From Lytechinus pictus (lineage: Eukaryota): a stretch of DNA of 64,000 bases. This document shows, in pieces, positions 12,375 to 23,865 of the stretch; position 1 is the first letter of the stretch; each line of letters starts with the position of its first letter. The notes under the pieces are model-generated. The model worked only from the letters and a program-made list of their open reading frames with translations, did no database searches and was not told the DNA's origin. The DNA is taken from positions 24,678,001 through 24,742,000 of the forward strand of contig NC_087252.1 of NCBI RefSeq assembly GCF_037042905.1, given 5' to 3'. The translations under genes were made by a program, and so were the position numbers.

Positions 12375-14784
12375 GTAAGTGAAGCTCTTGCTCTAATTAT
12401 GCTTTATAGTTGCCTGTGACTCCATTTCATGATCTTCCTTCCTGGTTGGCTCTTCCATTGGGGTAATTGGACAGTATTGATAACAAAATTAAAGAAAAAT
12501 TTGTTCAGATTCGGGGGTTGGTCAAACAGATTTATTATATGGACCTACCATTGGATATTTTCAGAGTAATTGGGAACTTTAAAATCCTTTGGTATCTGTA
12601 CCAAAGGACACAGCTACATGTACACTGTACAGACACTTTCAACATCAAACACTCCCCCCCCCATTGGTGTCAGTAATGAGAACACAAGTCTGCATACATG
12701 TACACTTCAAGGTCACCTACATGTAAATTTGTTCTGATGCACATTGGGAAAGATGTACGAAGTAGATCTACATGTAATACTAGATAGTGTCAATTTACAT
12801 CTCAGGATGCCAGTCTACGTACACATCTGTGCTTGAGAAACACTTGGAAGCAATACCTGGATATATTCAAGAAGTATATTTCATAGCATTTCCCTGCTTT
12901 TCCAACTTTCACATTTTCCTCAAAAATTATTGCAGCAGTATTTACCAGTATTGGCTACTGGCAGTATTTCTCAGTTCTCACTCTGGCAAACACTGCATTA
13001 AAGGGAAAGGTTCACAAATTACTGAACTACAAATTAGTGAGCTTTCCAGTTCTTTTAATGTTGTTTAGGAAGTAAATCAAATGACCCAATGTCCAGGAGC
13101 TCTTCTCATATGCTCTCACGAACCAAACCCGGCTGATTTCTGTATGCAGTGCTTGTGACTCAGCTAGCAGAATAGAATCCATTTCTCATTTATATAACCT
13201 TTTTAGCATCTTTTATGCAGTATTTCAAGTATCTTTCGTGACCTTAAAGGGAGGTACATTGTACTGGACAAAGAGAATTCACAGATCTACAGTATGCTAA
13301 GGTCAAAGACCACCAATGCTCGGGTTTCAGGAATGGAAACAAAAGATATTAAAAAGAAACTCTCTGAAATGTGTATGGAAATAGGTTGTAATATGTAGGT
13401 CTCAGCCATTGGAGAGTTTGTGAAGGTCGTGATCAAAGGTGGTCAGGGAATCTCACTGCCTGATGCATTAGACTTGATCCGAGACTTAGCATGTCTGGGA
13501 ATCAGAATTGAGGAAACAGCCTTGTGGGCAAGGTGGGGGTCAGTGAGGTCATCGATCACTTAATACAAAACTACAAGGAAGGCGAATAACAGATCTACAC
13601 ATCTACAACTATCTCAAAACTAAATGTCAATTAAACCAGTCAACACTTTAATGTACAACTAGGAAAGTTCCTTTGAAACATTAACCTCCTGAATGTGAAT
13701 TTACAGGATCTTTGTACATCGCATTGTCTTCTTCACAGCATTAACAAGTTTTTCCCAGTATTTCCCACCTGGGAGGGAAACACCTATTAAAATTCCTGAG
13801 AAATTGCCATCAACTCCACAGACTCTGAACTGACCAATAAGTTGTATCATTTGAATTACAGTGATAGCTCTGTGTGGTGTTGACTATTGAGTCAGCTATT
13901 GTTGATAAATATGTAGGCATCAATTCCATGCCCCTTGTCTATTCTTTCAACTCCTGTTTTATAGCCATTTTAGTCTTTGTCTTTATATACACTTTCGTAT
14001 CTTTTGTAGCTATCTTTGTACTGCTTGTTTGCTTAACAGGAATCATCTGTTGGTCTGAAGGTCAATATTCAAGCAATGTTCCTTGAATTGCATTCTTTAG
14101 GGTACTAGGGGTAATCATGTCTTATCTTGTTTGATTTTCTTGAGAATTTTATAAGAATTTGTTGAGTTCAAGAGTTTTACCGCAATGCAGTGCAAGTCCA
14201 AGCGTTAAAAGTATAAATTCTGTCTTTCTTGATAGTGTTTGGTATATTTTTGACAGTTACATACAGGAAGGTACAACAAAAATAAATGAACAGCTCCATG
14301 GATATTACATACATGTAGTGTTGGAGTATGTCACCTTTTTAGTTTACCCCCCCCCCAAAAAAAAAAGAACTATAGATGCCAATGTTGGGGCCCGTTGCAG
14401 AAAGAGTATGCTGTTAAGTGCAACTCGTGAAAGCAAGCAAACTCCCTAGTATGTATGTTTCATTGGTTGAAAATTAAGTTGTGTTTGATTTTCGTTTTCA
14501 TTTGCATTTCATTGTAACTCTTTATTCAACAGGCCCCTTCTCACACAGCATTTGCTTCTGCAGATTTTGCACTTTTCTGTCATTTTATTTGACTATACAG
14601 CTTAAGTTTGTCCGTGTGTACTGCTAGGGCTTCAAATGTTAAGTTTGCAGTAGTGTAGAAGACACTTTGATGCCATTACAAGGATGAAACAGCTCATGAT
14701 TTTGGGGATAGTACAATGGAGGATCTTGTCTTAACAAACTTTGCACATATTGTACATGTATGTAAGTGTATGGTAGCAAAATGA

Positions 14785-16300
14785 ATGTTGACCTACATGG
14801 TATAGGCACTTCCATTGGTGCTTGATATCCCTGAGAGAGTGACTTCCAAGCCAAAGGTCATCTACAGTGTCATTGATAGTGCTGTATCAGAGGGTCCTGG
14901 CTGGTCTAGTGCAGTACACTTTGATACAAGGCCAAATCTTTATAGGGAATAAGCAAGATACATAAATGTTGACCTTTTCATTATGTGCAATTCCATGAGA
15001 GCTACATGTATCTTATCCCTGTGTGAGTGACTACCAAGCCAAAGTACACAGAGTGTAGTTCAAACCACTTCACCTAATTCAGGGTCTTAGCTGAGCTAGT
15101 GTAGAACACACATTGAAGAGTAGATACAGTTGAGGCCAGAATTTTACATACACCCAGGAAATTCAAACAAAAGTTGACACTTGCCAAACATCATAAGATT
15201 TACTGTATCTTATGAAATATTTGTGCTATCATGACGAATTTGATATCAAACAAATTAGTATGTCATGCCCCTTCATCACATTGTTTTGTCATCAGGAACT
15301 GAAAAATATTTAGGTGTCATTTTTTCCCCAAGAATCTCCATATTTTAGACAAATTAAAAATAAAAACTTTCATATTTGTGCAGAATTGTGCTAGTTACTT
15401 CTCAACACAAACATTTCAGATTACAATTTTTGTTCAGTGGTGACGTATCATGATAGAAAATGTAATATGAATTTATATATTTCTATGAAACAACGTTTAA
15501 AAATATAATAAACAAACAATAGAATACATTTGGCATGAATATTAATTTTTTCCTTCAAAGAAAATTTCACCTGAAATATACTTTAATAGCAACGGCATCC
15601 AGAACATATAAAAGAGCTTAATATGCTCTTTCATTTGATACCAAATTCGTCATGGTATTATTTTCATTTCTGAAGATATAGTAAATTTTACGATGTTTGG
15701 CAAGCGAACAGATTTCACTGAATTTCATGGGTGTATGTAAACTTTTGGCCTCAACTGTATAAGGGAATGAATTTTCAGTTTGTTTAGCAAAATGTGGAAT
15801 TGTCAGTATAGGCACTTCCATCATTGCCTGTCTTATCCCTGAGAGTGTCTTTCTCAAGCCAAGCATGGGTGACTTGCAGTCTCGTTGATACTGATATATC
15901 TGATGAGGGTCCTATTGGAGCTATACATGTAAAACACACTTTACAAGTCCAAACAGTGGGATATTCTTAGAAAAGGGAATAAGTTTTTATCTTCAAATTC
16001 AAAGTTTGTTTTAATAATAACAAAAAAAATGTTAACCGTTTCCTTCTTCATGTAGGCACTTCTACCTGTGCTTATCTTATCCCTGAGACAGTAACTACCA
16101 AGCCAATGGTCATCTGCAGTGTTATTGATACCGCTGTATTTCATGAAGGTCCTGCCTGGCTGAGCTACATGTAGTGTAGAATGCATTTTGATACAAGGCC
16201 AAACAGCTGGATATTATTAGATACATGTAGGAAATTTACTACATTTGTTTTATCTTAAAATTCAGTTTGTTTTTAGTAACAAAATGTTGACCTTTGCATT
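14785..16300 (+). repeat. Four degenerate tandem copies of the intron end and exon start of gene A's first SET exon
   Basis: taggcacttc...cttatccctgagagagtgactaccaagccaaag recurs at ~14806, ~15010, 15812 and 16056, before the functional copy at 16305. Confidence 0.85.
15127..15757. mobile_element. Tc1/mariner-type MITE
   Basis: TIR cagttgaggcca..a.tttacatacaccc / gggtgtatgtaaacttttggcctcaactg, with a TA TSD. Confidence 0.85.
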
Positions 16301-16304
16301 ATAG

Positions 16305-16576
16305 GCACTTCTGTCAGTGCTTATCTTATCCCTGAGAGAGTGACTACCAAGCCAAAGGTTACCTGCACTGTCGTTGATACCGCTGTATCTGAGAATGGTC
16401 CTGGCCGAGCCACCAAGACCTTGCCTGAAGGACTGGAGGTGCGTGACTCCGGGATCTCAGGAGCTGGCCAGGGTGTCTGGGCAGGGAGAGACTTTGAAGA
16501 AGGAACACGTTTTGGTCCCTACCAAGGCGAGCAGGTGGACAAAATCACTGGCTACCAAAGTGGCTATGCATGGGAG
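16305..16576 (+). CDS. Gene A exon: N-terminal half of the PR/SET domain
   Basis: ...VVDTAVSENGPGRATKTLPEGLEVRDSGISGAGQGVWAGRDFEEGTRFGPYQG...GYAWE; AG acceptor in phase 1, GAG|GTACGT donor in phase 0. Confidence 0.9.
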
Positions 16577-16789
16577 GTACGTTGATTGAAGAAAATCTTT
16601 CCAAGAGTGAAGTGTTGGGAATAACAGTAAGGAATTCCTTATTTATACCTTGTATTCAGATTTAATTTTAAGAAGAATCTCTAATATAGAAAATTAAATT
16701 TACTAATTGAAATTGTGAGTGAAAAAATGTTGCATTTTACTAAGGTCTTTGGAATTTGTCTAAATTATGGTAATTTAGGTCGTTGATAG

Positions 16790-17098
16790 CGGTACACATG
16801 GCAACTACACGTTCCTACACACTGTCCTACACGGACCATGCTGGCAGAGCACGTCGTCTACGCGGATCAACAGGGTGTCAATACAGATCAACACGGCAGC
16901 TACATGGATCATCTTGGATTGCTCTGCCGACATGACAGTCCACAGATGATGCTGGATGTTTTTGGCCTCCCACAAAACTGCTGTATTGGCCTCATGGACG
17001 TCCATGGTCCTCCAAGGATGCCAAGGCGTCTACACGGATCTCTCCATTCCAGATTTGATGCGGGGGTTGTCCGCCGTCTATTTGTGGCTGGGGCTTAA
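16790..17098. mobile_element. Probable truncated non-autonomous DNA transposon in an intron
   Basis: Repeated acacgga/acacggc motifs and a terminal tgtggctggggctta resembling Harbinger-like MITE ends; only one end is seen. Confidence 0.35.
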
Positions 17099-17184
17099 GT
17101 GGGTTTTAAGAGTGTACAACTCTGTTGCCTACCATCACTTTCATGCATACTTGTACTGTTTGCTCTTTTAAATTTTGATACCAG

Positions 17185-17431
17185 ATAAGAAGTGACGGAG
17201 GCCAAGGAGAGGTCATCCATTGCATAGATGCCGGGGACGAGGCCAAGAGCAATTGGATGCGCTACGTCAACTGCGCCTGCAAGGAAGTAGACCAGAACCT
17301 GAGGTCGTACCAGGATGGTGAAGACATCTTCTACATTGCCTACAAACCTATCAAGGCTGGAACAGAACTCTTGGCGTTTTATGGAGAGGAGTATGGGAGA
17401 AAGTTGGGCATTGAGATGGAACCTTCCACAG
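17185..17431 (+). CDS. Gene A exon: C-terminal half of the PR/SET domain
   Basis: IRSDGGQGEVIHCIDAGDEAKSNWMRYVNCACKEVDQNLRSYQDGEDIFYIAYKPIKAGTELLAFYGEEYGRKLG; ccag acceptor, phases 0 and 1. Confidence 0.92.
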
Positions 17432-17720
17432 GTAGCCCACTGCATTGATAATCAAAATCATTGTTTCAAATTACAAGTTCAGATCTGACACTTCATTTTT
17501 GAAGCGAGTTTTAATATAATGCATAACATGATGTACATGTATGTAAGATTTATATGCTGGATGAAAGCCATGCTAGTTTAATATTTATGTGACAAGTGAA
17601 TTTTCTACATAGTTTAATATCACAGACCCTACATGTACAATGACCGCTATTCTTTAAATATTAATGATATCACTTGTATAATGACCCCTTTGGGATCCTA
17701 TTTTCGTCGTTTCCCACCAG

Positions 17721-17864
17721 TTGCTACCGGAGACACTCACTTGTGCAACATCTGCGGCCAGCTTCTAACATCTGTTGAGTTTTTGAGTCGTCACCTGAAG
17801 TATGTCCATCAGAGCCGCTATGGCATCCCCTCCATGTACAACATGAATGCTGATGTTTCTGAAT
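17721..17864 (+). CDS. Gene A exon: post-SET C2H2 zinc finger
   Basis: HLCNICGQLLTSVEFLSRHLKYVH; ttcccaccag acceptor and T|GTAAGT donor, phase 1-1. Confidence 0.88.
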
Positions 17865-18639
17865 GTAAGTATAGATGAATTTGACTTCAGAGCTCTGCAA
17901 CTTGCGACTGTCATAACTGGGGGCTTCCAAAGAACAATAAACGCACCTTGAATAGATTATACGATGGGCCAGGTGGGTGTTTCATAAACCTGTTTGTAAG
18001 ATACGAATGACTTTACGCACAACTGCTGATCCTTTCTTGTTCTATGTGGTATCCCTATATAATTGATTTATGACCTAAGAACATGTTCCCGTTGTGCGCA
18101 ACCTTACAAACAGCTTTATGAAACACCCACCAGGTACATTTCTATGTCAATGCATAAATTTTCATTTGTAAGGGATACTTGAAGCTCCCTAGTTAGAAAT
18201 TACCATAAAAAACAGCACCCAAACCGAATTCTGTAGTCAAACTTGGATTTGGGATTTCATGGCGATTGCTCCTGCAATGATTTGTGTGTTTCATGATACG
18301 TGCGACACCAATGGTCATCATTGAAGCCTTGTTGATTGCCTGCTTTTGTTTGAGGACATACAAATAGCATGGGCACGAGTGAGAATTAAGATTTAAAGAA
18401 AACTTAATAAAGTATTTAATAGAAATAGCGGAACTGTGAATCCCAAGCACAGGAAAGAGTACCTTAAGGATTAATCAGTAGCACTACAAAATAATTCCCA
18501 AGAATATTGTAATGGTTATAAGGGTCCCCTTTATTACTGCACTGCAAGAATCTTAAGAATTTGAGGAGGTTTATTTACTCATACCCCATGCTACATTCAT
18601 TTTATTTCTATCTTCTCTTATTGATGTATCTTACATTAG

Positions 18640-18702
18640 ATTTAAAATCAGTCAAGCAAGGCAAGGACCTACTGGAGAAAGCAATTAGCAAAACTGACAC
18701 AA
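18640..18702 (+). CDS. Gene A small exon (YLKSVKQGKDLLEKAISKTDT)
   Basis: 63 nt, open frame, tag acceptor after a pyrimidine tract, A|GTAAGT donor, phase 1-1. Confidence 0.65.
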
Positions 18703-19271
18703 GTAAGTTTTGCCCAAGATGATAATGATTATAATACCTTTTTAATAGCACTGTATACTTTGAGGTGACATCTCATGGTATTTTACAGATATATCTTACC
18801 CGGCCATGTTGTCTCTCCCATGTTTAGAGTAGCCATTCAGACAAGGCCCTGTGTCTGTTATGATATGTTTATATCACCCCCCCCCCCGCCCTTGACTGTA
18901 AAAAGACTAATCGCGAAAAGCTGGGTGAATGAGAGCTCAGCCACAGGGCCTTTAGAAACCTGACTTGGATCTCTTATGTTAAACCATTGTTTCCCACTCG
19001 TGATCACTACTTGTGAGGTAGCGGCTAATCAGCGAGCGTTACATTTCGCACCAATGAACCCATACCAGAGAAGTGAATGTACGGGGTCCCATGACGTCAT
19101 CAGCATCGCCAATGGAGATGGGTGCTATGGCATGTTGAATTACAGCAAGTATGAAAGCCAGGTTTCAAAAGGCCTCGTGACTGAAGTCGCTTGAATGCAC
19201 ATTCACTCCGTCTTGCCAACTCTCTTCTTCGATCGCTAGTCTCGAGTTACCCATCTCAACGAGGGTTATAG

Positions 19272-20188
19272 CAGGGATGCCAGAGTTCCGGCTATAGCCG
19301 GAATTCCGGCTTTTTCATTTTTTTTACCTTAAGTTCCGGCTGGTCGAGTTTTCTTAGGCCGGACAGAACTGTCAACGTTCACTGAGATGTCTTTGCTCCG
19401 TACGGCTGTTATATGTACCTAAGCTATTGTACAAGAAAAAATCCTGTGATATAATGGAATTAGACTCGTACGAGCCGGTCAGTTAAACGCTAGTTTTAAT
19501 CAAGGTTTTTTGTGCGTGTGTGTGTATATGGTCTTATTTTGCTAGACTGCACTGTATGTATGTGATTGGTGGTGACTGATCGCCGTACATTATAACGTGT
19601 ATGGATTCTGAACGTAACTTTGAATTTTGATAAAACGACTGTATTTGAGTCTAGTGTAATACCAATGCGATAGTGGCATGGGGTAGCATGGCCATGCATT
19701 CGCTGCGCGATGTGTATGCCTATACCGGCTGTACACAGTGTTTTCGCGCTCCCGTTCAATTAACGTTTTTCTACTGAGCTGATTCTCCGTTTCGATTGTG
19801 GATTTAATCATAATTTTTCAACAAGTATGGATGTTGAAAGAGGAACCAACATTAAGCAAATAGACAGTGGAATCAAGAACAAATTCCAGTGGAAGTGGTT
19901 GGAGAACAAAGACAATAGTGGAACGTTTCTCTCGGATTATTTTTTCATGAATTAATTGTAAGTTGAGGCTTTGCAACATAAAAAAATGCCCAAAACTTTA
20001 GCTAAATTTTTGGGAAAATGATCCCTAAAATAGGCTCAGATTGCATCAGAGACCATTTAGAACCCTAGAGCTTCCAGGGCCCTTGGGCGGGACCTGGACC
20101 CCGGCCGAATGGGACTTCGCGCTCGTCATGTGCGCTTCGCGCACATAAAAAGTTCAGGCCCTGGGACCATTTGCCACTGGCATCCCTG
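19272..20188. mobile_element. Internally deleted TIR transposon (hAT-like) with a 6-bp TSD and a transposase N-terminal remnant
   Basis: TIR cagggatgccag / ctggcatccctg; TSD ttatag at 19266-19271 and 20189-20194; short ORF 19827-19955 MDVERGTNIKQIDSGIKNKFQWKWLENKDNSGTFLSDY. Confidence 0.75.
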
Positions 20189-20259
20189 TTATAGCCAAGT
20201 CACAAGGTTTTGTCAAAAGGCCATGTGTAGAAGTCATTGTCAATAAATGGTTTATTTCC

Positions 20260-20655
20260 TTTTGGTCTAGTGCCAATTTGTCAAATTCCCAACTCGTCTA
20301 CTATCACTTGGTCTACCATCAGTTCGTCCGCTATCCATGTGGTCTAATTGCCATTTCGTCCATTTACCATTTCGTCTAATAACCTGTTGGTCCAATGGCC
20401 ATTTAGTCCATATACCATTTGGTCTGGTTGGACTAAAAGTGTTAATTGCAAGAAATGAATGAAAAGAAAATGGATATTAGACCAACTGGTTATAAGACGA
20501 AATGGTCATAGACGAACTGGTGATTAGACAAAGTTGTTATTGGACCTAATGGCTGTTAGAAAAAATGTTGATGGACAGAATGGCATTAGACTAGATGAAG
20601 GTAGACCATGTGATGAGTGGACGAGTTGGCAATAGACGAATCGGCAGTTTACCGT
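20260..20655. mobile_element. Fold-back MITE built from ggtcta/tagacc short repeats (related copies at ~43330-43715 and ~47325-47770)
   Basis: The left half carries (g/c)gtcta repeats and the right half the complementary tagac(c/g) repeats. Confidence 0.6.
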
Positions 20656-20737
20656 CATAAACCCATTTATTTTCTGTGATACATGTAGATATCAAGGTTA
20701 CTATCCTTAATACATACCGTGACTGATTCCTTTTCAG

Positions 20738-20806
20738 GTCCTAATACGTCAACAGAGAAAGCTGCAAGTAGGAAGTCAAGACTAGGTTCTTCAACAACAC
20801 AAAGAG
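20738..20806 (+). CDS. Gene A small exon (SPNTSTEKAASRKSRLGSSTTQR)
   Basis: 69 nt, ttttcag acceptor, AG|GTCAGT donor, phase 1-1. Confidence 0.7.
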
Positions 20807-21394
20807 GTCAGTCTTTCACCCAGTTTATATTCATTTGGCCTACAAGCAGTTGGTCCACTTCTAAGATAGTCTTATACCCCATAATTGAGTGTAATCATTG
20901 AGATAGTCTGGTCTATCATTGGTGTAATCACTGAAACTGAAACTTACTAAACATTGTATTGTGTTTTAAACTTTCTGGTAAGCAGCTCATCAGTGAAATT
21001 GATTTCAATAATTGAACAGTGTATCTGTGGTATTAAGCTTTACAGGGTTATTACCATTATCTCGGGAAGAGAACGGATGAGGGGGGAGGGGGCTATCTTT
21101 TACATACTTCAAAATTGCCTAAAATATATATTTGTGAAGATTGTACATATAAGCAATGCCCACACTGAGTTTCTTCTTCTTTTCTTCCTCAATTTTTCTA
21201 AAGATTCTACATGTAAGCACACTGGTCAGGTCCACCAGATCTTCAAAGGGTCCGGGTACCCCGAAGAAAGATTCTGAAGACTTGGTCCACCGTGACAATG
21301 ACAAGAAGAAGGAGGTTGAAGAATTTCTTGTCCCTTTTCTCTGTCCATTCAAATCACTGTAAAAAGCTGAATATTCTTTCATTTCTGCTTGCAG

Positions 21395-21586
21395 CTATCA
21401 AATCCACCAAACCTTCAAAGGCTCCAGGTACCCCGAAGAAAGATTCTGAAGACTTGGTCCTACTGGACAATGACGAGGAGGAGGAGGATGATATCAGGTT
21501 GGCCGGTAGCGGCAGCAGCAAGCATACCACCTGGTCTCTGAAAGCTGATTCAGATGATGACCTTGGAGACACAGAGGCTGCACCAG
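21395..21586 (+). CDS. Gene A acidic/low-complexity exon
   Basis: 192 nt, AIKSTKPSKAPGTPKKDSEDLVLLDNDEEEEDD...EAAP; ttgcag acceptor, CAG|GTACC donor, phase 1-1. Confidence 0.75.
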
Positions 21587-22149
21587 GTACCTAATTTGCC
21601 AAAGCCCCTTGCGATTAAATTGCATTATTTCAACAGCTCTTTACTGTAGCTGTTCAAGAGTTTCATCAAGACTTACATTTGTAATTTTGCCACCATCGTA
21701 ACTGGTAACCTGGATTTTGGTCGGCTGTTGAGCCCCATTACCATGATAGTTGCCATCATGGCAAAGTTACAACAGTTGCTGTTTGTCCATTATGAACTGG
21801 GCCCATGGGGTTTGGTGATAGGGATATTCCAGGGGAGCATTTCATCGACACTTGTCATCTTACAAGTCGTCACATCTGACAACTTACTTGATTTTGATTG
21901 GCTGAGAAGCACTTTTACCATGGCAATCGTCTGATAAAAGAGGTCTTGTCAGGTAAAACGTCTGACCTTTTATGAAATGTTCTCCAGGGGAGCATTTTAA
22001 CGAAGAAATTTGTCAGCCAATCAGATGCAATGATTTCCAGTAGCTGGGATCGACTGTTGGTGAGAATCACTGACAAAAATCTTCACGAAATGCTCCCCAT
22101 GTTACCTTCCGTAACAACCTCATCAAAATATGAAGTTGGCTGTTTCACA

Positions 22150-22515
22150 TCACACAATGATCATCCCTGCACTGAGTCACATAAGAAGCCAGTTAATAGT
22201 ACATGGTTAGTACCAAAAAGATCCCAAATCTAGCGCTGATTTAAGATGTACTTAACAGTTTGACAAGTAGTCTTGCATTTTGGTCCAAAGAGTGGAAGTC
22301 AAGAAGCTTTAGGATGTCTTTCTTAGCATAATTCTCACGTCACACAATGTTTATTCCCGCACTGAGTCAAATACACAATCACTCCATAGATGCTGAAAAG
22401 TCAATTAAAATATATGGTTAGTACCCAAAAATCTCAAATATGATTTTGACAAGCACTCTCGCATTTTGGTTCAAAGAGTGGAAGTCAGTAAGCTTTAGGA
22501 TGTATTTCTTAGCAT
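22150..22515. repeat. Diverged ~190-bp tandem duplication in an intron
   Basis: cacacaatg..gcactgagtca..tggttagtacc..tgacaag..gcattttggt.caaagagtggaagtca..aagctttaggatgt occurs twice. Confidence 0.7.
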
Positions 22516-23437
22516 TGTTTTTGGTTTGCATGCAAGCTAATGTATTGCCTATTTTTGGTTATGGGTATATTTTGTTGATCTTTTTGTAAATGTGCTGTAT
22601 TTTCGCTGTATGTTATAGAGTTTAATAGATGTTTTTTTTTTAAATATAGAATTTCAACCTTGTTTGTGTTTTCACAAATTGCATGACTCATTCTCTTCTT
22701 TACACTTAATCCTGTTAGATATTTATGAGCTTCATTTTCATATTTGCATTATATATACTTTACTTTTAATTGAATTCAATAAAAAAATGATAATATACAA
22801 TATTTTCTTACCTCATTGTAAATGCCTTATTTCAGACTTTTTTTTAGTCTTATCAATGAAAATTGCATGTGAACACTTGCCCATCATCAAAATTTTTGCA
22901 CTTTATAGTATAATGAAAATTTTGCCTAGATCTGCCAGCCATAGATTATTCTAAATTTGACACAGAATCAGCCTCACATAACCTTGTATATACTTACCAC
23001 AAAGCAATCATGCATACAGTACACACAGGCATAGATGGAGACACACAATACCCCCCACAGGCATATAGGGAGACACACAATACCCCCCCATGCCAATCCA
23101 TCCCCAAGAGCTTAATCTAAAGGCCTCCACACATCATGTGATTGGTCAATGATCTACTGATCTGTATACTTACTGGATAGGCGGTCAAGCGGCATGGACT
23201 AAAGCCGGTGCCTGCCATCTTAGGAACACCAATGCAGCTACATGTACATGTAGTCTTCAGATCAGTGGGCCAGACTGGACGAGATAGAGTCCTTGGTCCT
23301 GCTTCATAAAAGAATTGTTATAATAAAAGGTGCAGAATTTCCATAACAATTCTACCATCAGCCAATGAAATCGAATGATCTCAGTAGCTTTAAAACTGCA
23401 AATTTGTTATTTTAACATGTTTTATAAAACACATCCC

Positions 23438-23711
23438 TGGGCCCCATCTTACAAAGAGTTGCGATTGATCCAATCAATCACAGCTATGGATGGTCAGCAA
23501 CGTCAACATCTACTATGCATGTTTGTTCAAAATATTTACTATGATGTATATTCATTCATTCATTTTATTGTTGTTGAAAATTCACTGTGCTTCTCTTTGT
23601 TTACAACAGGCATTAGGCAAATTTCCTGTAGAAAAAATAGGACATTGATGGATATCCATACAGTTGCTATTGATTGGATTAATCGTAACTCTTTGTAAGA
23701 TAGGTCCCAGG
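23438..23711. mobile_element. ~270-bp MITE (second copy at ~52006-52283)
   Basis: gcccc(a/g)tcttac(a/g)aagagttgcgattgatcc ... atcgtaactctttg(t/c)aaga inverted ends; the two copies are colinear. Confidence 0.75.
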
Positions 23712-23808
23712 TGTAGGATTTTAATCTGCTTGTCAGCATGTCTCTCCGTCTCTCATGCTTTGTAGAGAACCTAATGCTGTGTTCTTCTCTTCTGTTTTTT
23801 TGGTTCAG

Positions 23809-23865
23809 ACCCTGTGGTGTGCACGTGGTTTGAAGATGTACAAGATTGGGCGGAGGGGTTGATAG
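23809..23865 (+). CDS. Gene A candidate small, possibly cassette, exon (DPVVCTWFEDVQDWAEGLI)
   Basis: 57 nt, long pyrimidine tract plus ttcag acceptor, AG|GTGAG donor, open frame, phase 1-1. Confidence 0.5.

Noticed and set aside
16838..17098. 86-aa ORF between the SET exons
   Set aside because: It would interrupt the SET domain, has no compatible splice sites, and looks like a repeat fragment.
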